DNA from: a virus
Strand: one strand, 5' to 3'
IMG/VR virus record: IMGVR_UViG_3300002835_000013
DNA: 64,000 nucleotides
Under the pieces are notes generated by a model that was not told the origin of the DNA, searched no databases, and saw nothing but the letters and a program-made list of their open reading frames with translations. The position numbers and the translations under genes were made by a program. Positions within the stretch are counted from its first letter, which is position 1, and each line of letters starts with the position of its first letter. Positions 12,120-21,138 of the stretch are shown in pieces.

Positions 12120-15100
12120 TCATACTCGACGCTTTAGTTCGTCAATTTGTGCTTGTTGCTCTTTGATTGCTTCTATTAGTAGACCTACCATATTACCGTA
12201 AGCCACATTCTTGAAACCATCTTTATCTTCAAATACGACTTCTGGTAATACCTTTTCGACTTCTTGTGCGATAATACCTGAATAACGTCTTTCTTTATCC
12301 TCTAGATCGTTTCTAGTAAAAGTGACACCACGAATTTGCTTAATTTTATCAATCGCATTATCGATTATCTGAATATCATTTTTAAGTTTTAAATCGGAGT
12401 AAGCTGTAATATTACCACTCATCGTCAAAGAACCGCTGAAGGTTGCTCCAGTGGTGCTTAAATATTCATGCCAAGTGCCAAAAGAGCCACCAGATACGTT
12501 TCTAGTAAACAGTCTGTTAGATCTGTCTTCCCAACCCCAAGCGACCTGCACGCCCCAAAAATTAGAAGAATTAGAGTGACGATAGTTTTGTAGAAACCAC
12601 CAGCCGCCACCGGTAGGACAGTTTGTTCCGCTATTCAAGTCACCAGTATATCTAAGTCCATTAGCAGGAGTATTTGTAAAATCTGTATTCCAGTTACCGC
12701 TGGTACCAATAGATTGCAGAGCAGAAATTCTTAAAAATCCTGTTGGATCCACATACCATCCGGTGTCATTTGAATCATACATGATAGGTGTAAATATATG
12801 ACCTGATTGATTGATATAAAATACGTCAGCGCCAGCAGAACTTCTGAAACGCCAGTCGGCAGCAGCCTGAAAATACCAGTGATTGCTATGATATTGGATT
12901 TTACCTGCAAATTCACCCGTCCAAGCTGATGCATCTGCTCTCCAATCACCAACAGTTCTTATTGATGTTGACGCATTAGGATCAAGATAATAACCTGTAT
13001 TAACAGAATCATAGAATACTGGCGCACGAACATCCGCTGATGCGGAAACTGTACCAGTAAAAGTATGAGTTCCACCAGGTGCTGCTAGTTGTAATCTAAA
13101 AGTGTTAGCGCCGTCACTCCAACCACCGATTCTGAATACGTTATCGGTATCAAGACCCATATTAATAGCATATGCGCCTGATCTATGAAACGAAACGTGA
13201 GCAGATAGTGAAGTGCTACCTCTAATAGAAAATGATCCTGTATCGTTACCTGCCGAGACACCGCTAGTAGTAGGAACTCTTCCTACAAGTAATCCTGATA
13301 ATGTTTTTGTTCCACCAATAGTTTGATCACCCGTGGTATATACACCATTGGTTACGGTGCCCGCATTACCTGTGACACTAATGCCCCATGTTCCAGAAGC
13401 ACCAGAACCTGTTAGTGTAGGAGCATATGAAGTATAGTTAGAAGAATCTAGTTGCACTCTCCATGCTTGCCAAGTGCCATTATTCTTACCACGAGTTGCA
13501 ACTTGACCTGTTCTGAAGTCACCATATATCTGATGAATCCAAGCAGAACTAAATGCTGATGAATACAAACCCCCGTCAGTTTGTCCAAATAAACTTACGC
13601 TATTATTATAGCCTAACTGATTTTGCGTTACGTTATCTGGATTAATAGCAGATGCAGAACTATTTAACGTTAGACCTGTAACAGATCCTGCACTACCAGT
13701 AATAGATCCTGAGGATGTGATATAACCCGCTGAACCTGTAACCGCAGTAATACGACCCTGAGCGTCGATTGTTAGAGCAGAAATACCACTAGAATATGAA
13801 CCTGCACCAGGACCAACATTAGGCATAGAAATAGTGCCAGTGGAAGTAATGGTGCCTCCCGACAATCCGGTACCAGCGGCCACGGAGGTAACACCGGAAG
13901 AAGTAACATATCCTGCTGAACCAGTAACGGATGTAACACGTCCATAAGCATCAACAGTTAATGCAGAAATACCAGAAGAATAAGTTGCTGCACCAGCACC
14001 AGCAGTTGCTAGATCAATCGTTGGTGCGGTTCCACCAGAACTTGTAATACGACCTGAGGTTCCAGATACAGAAGCAACTTTAGCGTTGGCCGCAGCAAAA
14101 GCAGCGGTAGCATAAGTGATTGTTGCAAAGGTTGCGGTAGCATAGTTATTAGCCGCTGTTGTGGATGTATTAGTATATGCTCTGGCAACAATTAGGTTAG
14201 CGTCAACAATTGTTCTAGCAAATGTATTGGAAGCATTTGCCATAGCACCAGCATAATTGTTGGCAGAAGTGGCAACAGAATTAACACTACCAAATGCTGC
14301 GTTGGCTACAGTATAAGATGCAGCAATAGTTGGAGTAATATTCATACCATTGATAGTTGCTGTGCCATCAACTGTCATGTTGACAGCATTGGCTCCACCA
14401 AAAGGATTGAAAAATGATACAGTTTGAACACCAGTCAGATCGGAAAAATGTCTCAGAGATGTGCCAACAGAGTCGATAATCCAACTAGGATTTGAACCGG
14501 AACCTACAAGTCGAAGTTCTCCGCCCTCTCCTGCGCCATTTTGTGCTAGTGCAATTAAATTGTTTGCACTAAGAGATCCTGTAGTCGTCAAACTTCCAGC
14601 AAAGGTACCAGTAGTGTTCTGTAATGCGGTATTAGCACGACCAAAGGCAGCATTAGCGACGGTATATCCTGCATTAATGGAAGTATATGCTGCATTCGTC
14701 AATACATAGTCAGCATTAGAAGATGTATAAGCCGCATTGATTACCGCAAAGGCAGAATTGACGGCAGCATAAATGGTATTACTAAAAGTGAACTCGGCAT
14801 TGGCTGCGGCAAATGCAGCAGTCACATTAGTAGCGACACCGTTGGCAAAAGCAAAAGCAGCGGCCGCATTAGTAATTGTGGCAAATGTTGCTACAGAATA
14901 AGCATTAGTTGATGTTCCCACTGTGGCCGCATAAGCATTGCCACTATTTGCCATAGCACCAGCATAATTATTGGCAGATGTAGCATTCGTAGCAACTGTG
15001 GATATGGTAGCAAAAGTGGCAGTAGCCCAAGCATTACCAGAGTTGGCCATTGCTCCAGCATAGTTATTAGCTGATGTGACAGAAGTATTAGTATATGCTC

Positions 15101-17312
15101 TGGCAGTAACTAGATTTGCATCAACGATAGATTGAGTCCAGGCATTGCCAGAGTTGGCCATTGCTCCAGCATAGTTATTAGCTGATGTGACAGAAGTATT
15201 AGTATATGCTCTGGCAGTAACTAGATTTGCATCAACGATAGATTGAGTCCAGGCATTGCCAGAGTTGGCCATTGCTCCAGCATAATTATTAGCTGCCGTA
15301 GTAGATGTATTAGTATATGCTCTGGCAACAATTAGATTAGCATCTACAATAGTTCTGGCAAATGTATTTGAAGCATTTGCCATTGCTCCAGCATAATTGT
15401 TGGCAGCAATGGCCACCGAATTAACACTATTAAAGGCCGCATTCGTCAATACATAGTCGGCATTGGAACTTGTATAAGCTGCATTTACAGTATCAAAAGC
15501 GGTCTTGATCCATACAATAGCATTAGCACCACCAAGGTTCAAATTGCTAGTTCTAAGACTGGCATTTAGAACGTCCACTGTAAAGTTATTACCAGTGGTG
15601 CCGATATGACCATCATAATCCAATGCATGAACATTATATTCTTTAAATATGAACCATTCTTTTGATTCATGATCCCTAAAGAAACCTGTATGAACAATGT
15701 CGTTAGTAGCATTAGCATAGTGAGCAATAAAACCGATATCAACAACGTCCGCAGTATTGTTGCTCGCCAATAGAACAAGAGGATCACTAACGACAAAACT
15801 ATCTGTATTATGTGTTACAGTTGATCCAAGAATGTTTAGGTTACCTGTAATGCTAAGATCGCCAGAAATTGTTTGACTGGAACTGGATAGCTTTACATAG
15901 GTAGAATTGGCGTATGCATTTGCAGCATTGACCATTGCTCCAGCATAATTATTGGCAGCCGTAACAGATGTATTGGTGTATGCTCTAGCAACAATTAGAT
16001 TAGCATCAACGATTGTTCTGGCAAATGTATTAGAAGCATTTGCCATAAATCCTGCATAGGCATTTGCAGATATGGCAATAGAGTTAGCATTTCCGTATGC
16101 TGCATTAGCTACAGCAAATGCAGCGTTGGTTACGACATAGTTGGCATTAGCAGAAGTATACGCCGCATTAGTTAATGTATAATCAGCATTAGAACTTGTA
16201 AAGGCTGCATTGATTACCGCAAATGCAGAGTTGACCGCTGTATAGACTAATCCAGTGAACACATTGCCAGAGTTTGCCATAAATCCTGCATAGGCATTTG
16301 CGGATATAAACGACGGTGCAACATTTGTGGTGCCAACAATAAGTGAGTTGGCGATGTTCATACTACCAGTATGATTTATTTGTCTGGTTAAAGAGTTTAG
16401 AGTAAATACTGTAGAATACTGACCTAAATTATAGTTACCCCAAACAAAGAAATCGGAATAATCTCTAATTTCTCCATTATTTGCATCTAATCTTGTTTCT
16501 AAAGTTCCACTAGGATAATATGTAATATAAGCGGGATTTCCGGTGTTGTTTTTATCGTTAAATCTAATTTCCGAATACGAATCACTAGCTAGTAATGTTC
16601 TTACAACAGATGAAGATTTGATTTCAAGCTGACCTAAAGGCGCATCACTTGAAGAACTACCCATTCTAAGTTTAGAATCTTCAGGAAAATACAACCAACC
16701 ACCAAATGTAACATTAGATGTATTAGCTAGTCTAGAGTTTGCGCTACCAAAAGCAGCATTAGTAACTGTCCAATTGTCGCCCAGTTGTGTTAGTGTGGAA
16801 TAAGTGGCAGAAGCATAAGAGTTGGCAGCATTTGCCATTGCTCCAGCATAGTTATTAGCACCAATACCTGTATTATATGCTAGAACATTTGCTGAATTAG
16901 CTTTATCGTATGCTCCATTAGCTGTATTATATGCAGGAGCAATTTGTGGACCGACATTGTTAGCAGCATCAAAAGCAGAGTTGGCGACATCAAATGCTGG
17001 TTTAAGATTTGCTGTAATTGTGAATGAATCGTTAAAGATATTGGCAGACAACTCAATATTGTCACCATTATTGATTGTTAGAAAGTCTCCGGACGTATCT
17101 GCAATGAGCAATTGTCCCGCAACGTTAACGACACCAAAGTTATCACCTCCAGCACCACCGCCAGAAACAGATGCAATTAATCCTGAAGTATTCTTATAGA
17201 ATAATTTGCCGTCGGCATAATTGATGGCAATTTCGCCATAGTCTAGATCACTTGGTGAAGGCGCTTTGTTAACTTCTGATGATTTTTTAAGTTTGATTAC
17301 TGTGTTTGCCAT
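12120..17312 (-). CDS. Long tail fibre (1730 aa) with S74 chaperone
   Basis: IKLKKS...GEIAINYADGKLFY N-terminus, Asn/Ala repeats, VDAYGRVT motifs, YSDLKLK...LLIEAIKEQQ C-terminus. Confidence 0.85.
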   Translation of the reverse strand: MANTVIKLKKSSEVNKAPSPSDLDYGEIAINYADGKLFYKNTSGLIASVSGGGAGGDNFGVVNVAGQLLIADTSGDFLTINNGDNIELSANIFNDSFTITANLKPAFDVANSAFDAANNVGPQIAPAYNTANGAYDKANSANVLAYNTGIGANNYAGAMANAANSYASATYSTLTQLGDNWTVTNAAFGSANSRLANTSNVTFGGWLYFPEDSKLRMGSSSSDAPLGQLEIKSSSVVRTLLASDSYSEIRFNDKNNTGNPAYITYYPSGTLETRLDANNGEIRDYSDFFVWGNYNLGQYSTVFTLNSLTRQINHTGSMNIANSLIVGTTNVAPSFISANAYAGFMANSGNVFTGLVYTAVNSAFAVINAAFTSSNADYTLTNAAYTSANANYVVTNAAFAVANAAYGNANSIAISANAYAGFMANASNTFARTIVDANLIVARAYTNTSVTAANNYAGAMVNAANAYANSTYVKLSSSSQTISGDLSITGNLNILGSTVTHNTDSFVVSDPLVLLASNNTADVVDIGFIAHYANATNDIVHTGFFRDHESKEWFIFKEYNVHALDYDGHIGTTGNNFTVDVLNASLRTSNLNLGGANAIVWIKTAFDTVNAAYTSSNADYVLTNAAFNSVNSVAIAANNYAGAMANASNTFARTIVDANLIVARAYTNTSTTAANNYAGAMANSGNAWTQSIVDANLVTARAYTNTSVTSANNYAGAMANSGNAWTQSIVDANLVTARAYTNTSVTSANNYAGAMANSGNAWATATFATISTVATNATSANNYAGAMANSGNAYAATVGTSTNAYSVATFATITNAAAAFAFANGVATNVTAAFAAANAEFTFSNTIYAAVNSAFAVINAAYTSSNADYVLTNAAYTSINAGYTVANAAFGRANTALQNTTGTFAGSLTTTGSLSANNLIALAQNGAGEGGELRLVGSGSNPSWIIDSVGTSLRHFSDLTGVQTVSFFNPFGGANAVNMTVDGTATINGMNITPTIAASYTVANAAFGSVNSVATSANNYAGAMANASNTFARTIVDANLIVARAYTNTSTTAANNYATATFATITYATAAFAAANAKVASVSGTSGRITSSGGTAPTIDLATAGAGAATYSSGISALTVDAYGRVTSVTGSAGYVTSSGVTSVAAGTGLSGGTITSTGTISMPNVGPGAGSYSSGISALTIDAQGRITAVTGSAGYITSSGSITGSAGSVTGLTLNSSASAINPDNVTQNQLGYNNSVSLFGQTDGGLYSSAFSSAWIHQIYGDFRTGQVATRGKNNGTWQAWRVQLDSSNYTSYAPTLTGSGASGTWGISVTGNAGTVTNGVYTTGDQTIGGTKTLSGLLVGRVPTTSGVSAGNDTGSFSIRGSTSLSAHVSFHRSGAYAINMGLDTDNVFRIGGWSDGANTFRLQLAAPGGTHTFTGTVSASADVRAPVFYDSVNTGYYLDPNASTSIRTVGDWRADASAWTGEFAGKIQYHSNHWYFQAAADWRFRSSAGADVFYINQSGHIFTPIMYDSNDTGWYVDPTGFLRISALQSIGTSGNWNTDFTNTPANGLRYTGDLNSGTNCPTGGGWWFLQNYRHSNSSNFWGVQVAWGWEDRSNRLFTRNVSGGSFGTWHEYLSTTGATFSGSLTMSGNITAYSDLKLKNDIQIIDNAIDKIKQIRGVTFTRNDLEDKERRYSGIIAQEVEKVLPEVVFEDKDGFKNVAYGNMVGLLIEAIKEQQAQIDELKRRV
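15037..15283. repeat. Near-exact 111-bp tandem repeat (about 2.2 copies) within the long fibre gene
   Basis: Units start at 15037, 15148 and 15259; encodes the 37-aa unit NNYAGAMANSGNAWTQSIVDANLVTARAYTNTSVTSA. Confidence 0.9.
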
Positions 17313-17824
17313 TAAAAGTCGTCATTCTCGTCTTTTGGTCGAGATTCTACTACAACCGCAGGTGTTTCTTCAACCATTACCTTTTTCTTATTTATGAGCT
17401 TTTTGACAGACGGGACCAGTTTGGTGAGATTATCGTTTTCAGATTTTAATGCATCATTGTCAATTTTAAGTGTTTCAATTTCTTGCTTTAAGACTTCACA
17501 TTCAGCATTTTTTGCTATCAATGCTTGCTTTGTTTCATTTGCTTGTGCTGTCACAGCATCCATATGTGAAACTTTATTTTTAATAGCTTCATAAGATGCT
17601 TTGATTGTATCTGCTTCCTCTACACTCTTAGATAAATCCGACGCCGTATTTTTACATTGCTCCAACTGTTCCTGGAGAGAAGCAATCAAAGCATCTCTCT
17701 CGGAAACAATTTCATTTGCAATTCTTACTTGAGTCTTTAACTGTAATATTGTTGACGTTTGTTCATGAATCATGCCCATGGCGTTGTCAACGTAAGCATT
17801 TATAAACTTTTGAGGATCACTCAT
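17312..17824 (-). CDS. Coiled-coil hypothetical protein
   Basis: Heptad-rich, charged 170-aa ORF within the operon. Confidence 0.7.
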   Translation of the reverse strand: MSDPQKFINAYVDNAMGMIHEQTSTILQLKTQVRIANEIVSERDALIASLQEQLEQCKNTASDLSKSVEEADTIKASYEAIKNKVSHMDAVTAQANETKQALIAKNAECEVLKQEIETLKIDNDALKSENDNLTKLVPSVKKLINKKKVMVEETPAVVVESRPKDENDDF

Positions 17825-17846
17825 ATTCTATTCTCCAATATTACTG

Positions 17847-19262
17847 TTAGAAGTTGCCTCCGTCGAGCATTCCGAACTGTGGAATACCAGAAGCAGCTAC
17901 TTGTAGAACATTACCTTCGGTACCTGCCGATGTGACAAGTATTCCACCAGTTCCATTGCCAAATAGAATACCGTTTGTGTTAAAGGTATTGCGGCCGGTA
18001 CCACCATAATTTACTAGTAGTGTTCCAGTATTGACATAAGAAGCGTTGGCTGCATGAATATCGGCTGTATTTGCTGTATCAAAAGCAGCATTAGCTACAG
18101 TATATCCAGCGTTTACTGAGGTGTATGCTGCATTTACAACTAGATATGCTGCGTTAACGGATGTATAAGCCGCATTTGTTACGACATAATTGGCGTTTGC
18201 TGATGTATACGCTGCATTGACAACATCAAAAGCAGCATTTGTTAGAGTATAATTTGCATTGGATGATGTATAAGCAGCATTTGTGACATTAAAGTTAGCA
18301 TTTGCTAGTGTATATGCAGAGTTGGTTGTATCAAAGTTTGTCTTGATCCAAACATAAGTGTTGGCACCGTTTAGTCTAAGATTGCTGGTAATAATGTCAG
18401 CATTAAGAACAGCTAACTGGAAACCATTAGCGTTTGGATCGATGTGATTTCCACTTGGTTCCTCAGAATATCCTTGGAATAGATAGTATTCCTTAGATGA
18501 ATGTTCACGATAAAGACCAGTGTGTAGATTGGCAGAACCGTTGTTATAATTTGCGATGAAACCGATGTCTACGATATCGGAAGAATAGTTGTTACCAGCA
18601 AGATATAGTAGAGGATCCGAAACTCTTAGAACTTCCGCATCTACTATGAAAGTGTTACCAGAAAGTGTGAGATTGCCTACGATGTTGACGTTACCTGTGA
18701 TTGTACCGCCAGCAGAAGCAAATTTAGTATTAGCAAGATCGAAGGCTGCATTTGCTACACCATAGCCAGCATTCGATGAAGTATAAGCTGCATTTACTAC
18801 GGCATAAGCTGCATTTACAGAGGTGTATGCTGCATTTGTTACGACATAGTTAGCGTTTGCAGATGTATATGCTGCATTAACAACATCGAAAGCGGCATTT
18901 GTCACTAAATAATTGGCATTTGCCATTGTGTATGCAGCATTTGTCACATCGAAGTTAGCATTAGCAAGAGTATATGCAGAATTTGTTGTATTAAACGTTA
19001 GATTAAGTAGCGAATAGATAGAGTTGCCGCTGGTAAAACCCGAATTTGATACGGTGAATGCTGCATTTACTAGATCAAAAATAGTATTTTGCTGATCAAT
19101 AAAGAACTTACCGCCGATGACAACTGAAGCTGTTCCATCAGATGAACCTATGAATAACTTTTCCGAAAGGTAAGAATAGGCTGGTTCTGCCGCAGCAAGA
19201 GAACCTCCTAATGGCGTAGTTGTAACGCTCGATCTCTTGATTTGGATTCTTGTGTTAGACAT
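17847..19262 (-). CDS. Fibre or structural protein with NAA(F/Y) heptad repeats
   Basis: RIQIKRS...AEPAYSY N-terminus; shares the VSDPL...DIGFIA domain with the long fibre; ends LDGGNF. Confidence 0.75.
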   Translation of the reverse strand: MSNTRIQIKRSSVTTTPLGGSLAAAEPAYSYLSEKLFIGSSDGTASVVIGGKFFIDQQNTIFDLVNAAFTVSNSGFTSGNSIYSLLNLTFNTTNSAYTLANANFDVTNAAYTMANANYLVTNAAFDVVNAAYTSANANYVVTNAAYTSVNAAYAVVNAAYTSSNAGYGVANAAFDLANTKFASAGGTITGNVNIVGNLTLSGNTFIVDAEVLRVSDPLLYLAGNNYSSDIVDIGFIANYNNGSANLHTGLYREHSSKEYYLFQGYSEEPSGNHIDPNANGFQLAVLNADIITSNLRLNGANTYVWIKTNFDTTNSAYTLANANFNVTNAAYTSSNANYTLTNAAFDVVNAAYTSANANYVVTNAAYTSVNAAYLVVNAAYTSVNAGYTVANAAFDTANTADIHAANASYVNTGTLLVNYGGTGRNTFNTNGILFGNGTGGILVTSAGTEGNVLQVAASGIPQFGMLDGGNF

Positions 19263-19265
19263 TTC

Positions 19266-19508
19266 TTAAAATTCTCCTCCGTTTATGATGGGTATTTCTC
19301 TTACAATAAATTTACCACTTACCTCATCATAAACTAGCGTCTCATTGTTATCTACATCGGAAGCGTCTACATCTCTCAACTCTTGAATAGTGTCGATGAT
19401 GGGTCCTCCACCAACAGCTCCTCCAGTATTTATCGCAATGCGATTTTTAGCGGGAGCAGTGACATTGACATTCTGTTTTCTTGGTTTGATTGTTATTCTT
19501 GTTCCCAT
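19266..19508 (-). CDS. Small structural hypothetical protein
   Basis: LRDVD...LVYDE...INGGEF motif; tightly packed in the operon. Confidence 0.65.
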   Translation of the reverse strand: MGTRITIKPRKQNVNVTAPAKNRIAINTGGAVGGGPIIDTIQELRDVDASDVDNNETLVYDEVSGKFIVREIPIINGGEF

Positions 19509-19512
19509 GTCG

Positions 19513-19857
19513 TTACTTCGTTATTGCAGGAGAGACGATGATTATTCCTTCGATCAGTCTAGACGTTGCATTATTTGATTCAGTATCAACAACTCGAATA
19601 TCATAAAAGTAGCTTCCTGGTCTTAGATTTGCAGTATTAGCGGCCGCCAGTGAAATCATAATTTCTCCATTGGCAGGATCTGTAATCTGACAGTTAAATG
19701 TTTCAGCAGCATTAGCTGATACTAGAGACCGTCTTAATTTACCCGACACAACATATCCAGAAACATTTTGAGCCAAGTTTGTGTCATCATCATTTAAATT
19801 GATGTATGTGCTAAAGTCTGTTCCTTGATCTATCTGAAATTCTACGTATTCGGCCAT
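19513..19857 (-). CDS. Conserved virion protein (BppU-N / Ig-like adaptor)
   Basis: IDQGTDF...GEIMISL...G.YFYD...RLIEG pattern typical of fibre adaptors. Confidence 0.65.
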   Translation of the reverse strand: MAEYVEFQIDQGTDFSTYINLNDDDTNLAQNVSGYVVSGKLRRSLVSANAAETFNCQITDPANGEIMISLAAANTANLRPGSYFYDIRVVDTESNNATSRLIEGIIIVSPAITK

Positions 19858-20438
19858 TGGAATATACTTTCGTTGATAACTGTGGTATTGAATGCGGCGT
19901 TTAGCTGATCAATTATCTCTTGAACCGCCTGTTTTCTTTCTGGATCAAGATTCTGAATTTGTTCAGGAGTCATACCAACAATTCCTAGCTCTAACATCTT
20001 GCTTGCCATTTCTTTGACTAATTCATCAAAGTCTTCCGGTTTTTCTATCCAACTGTTAGTGACGCTAGACCACACATATAGTTTGCCATCATCCGGTGGA
20101 GGAACTGGTGCATTGACATCTGCCGCCATTTTCTCATTCATAAGTCTAGTTGTTTCTTGTGCTTCCTGAATGAGTTCTTCGTCTGTAACTTCTCTGATAT
20201 GAAAAAAGTCTGTCCACACAGGAGTGCCATATTCTTGTGATAGTTCTTCGTCCAACTCGTAAGTTACATAATCAACTCTATGCATAGGATCGAGTTCTGG
20301 TGGAAGTTTTCTAACAAATCTGGCATATCCTTCTGGCGGATTATTGACATCCAAATCAGGAAAAAAGAACTTCATATTGTCCTCATGTAGAGGATGATCT
20401 ACGGGTTTACCGTCTTCTATTTTTATTATTAGATTCAT
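19842..20438 (-). CDS. Hypothetical fibre-associated protein
   Basis: GGAG RBS before ATG at 20438; paralogous to 5649-6041; contains PVPPPDDGKLYVW. Confidence 0.6.
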   Translation of the reverse strand: MNLIIKIEDGKPVDHPLHEDNMKFFFPDLDVNNPPEGYARFVRKLPPELDPMHRVDYVTYELDEELSQEYGTPVWTDFFHIREVTDEELIQEAQETTRLMNEKMAADVNAPVPPPDDGKLYVWSSVTNSWIEKPEDFDELVKEMASKMLELGIVGMTPEQIQNLDPERKQAVQEIIDQLNAAFNTTVINESIFQWPNT

Positions 20439-20442
20439 CGAA

Positions 20443-21135
20443 TTAACTCCAAGCAATATAAACCCAACCAGAACCACCAGCACCGCCCGGCGCTGCTCTA
20501 CATCCATCAGCTATGCCCACGCCGCCGCCTCCGACGCTAAAGTTAAGTGTGGCACCATATGCAGGACCGTTTACCGCTTTTGTCCAGGAAATCTCGACGA
20601 AACCGCCTCTACCTCCAGCGGCACCATTACTGACAGAGCAGTTAACACCGCCAGGAATTCCGCCCGCACCAGATGATCCTCCGCCGCCTGTATTGCCATT
20701 TTGGTTATTACCACCATTAGCGCCCGCAGCACCACCGCAGTTGGCACCGCCGCCTCCACCATTCGAGACTACGCCGTTGAAACTTGTTTGGGCGCCAGCA
20801 GTTCCAGCACTACTAGCACAGAAGTTGACGCAACCATAAGTGAAAAACTGACCACCACAGCCACCTCCACCGCCACCACCGCCTCCGGCGACTTGTGCGT
20901 ATAGTGTCTTATAAGGAACAACTGCCCAGCTATAACTTCCTGGTGCGTAGTATGATCCACCCGTATTACCAGCAGTGGGCTTGCTATATGCACTATTCAT
21001 GCCAATCGTGCCAGATGAAATACCTAGCAATGCTCTAACATCGCTATCATTTAGAGACACTTGTGTAGAATAGTTGTTATAAACAATCCAAGCAATATCA
21101 GAAAATGAAATCGCACCAGAACTCGGAGTTGGCAT
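20443..21135 (-). CDS. Glycine-rich protein, putative fibre-tip adhesin
   Basis: MPTPSSGAISFSDI N-terminus, poly-Gly tracts, C-terminal VYIAWS; paralogue of 6050-6766. Confidence 0.6.
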   Translation of the reverse strand: MPTPSSGAISFSDIAWIVYNNYSTQVSLNDSDVRALLGISSGTIGMNSAYSKPTAGNTGGSYYAPGSYSWAVVPYKTLYAQVAGGGGGGGGGCGGQFFTYGCVNFCASSAGTAGAQTSFNGVVSNGGGGGANCGGAAGANGGNNQNGNTGGGGSSGAGGIPGGVNCSVSNGAAGGRGGFVEISWTKAVNGPAYGATLNFSVGGGGVGIADGCRAAPGGAGGSGWVYIAWS

Positions 21136-21138
21136 TTA

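Noticed and set aside
14140-16050. CRISPR-like array
   Set aside because: The repeats are contiguous coding units with no unique spacers. The Cas4-like gene at 55787 is the usual T4-like exonuclease.
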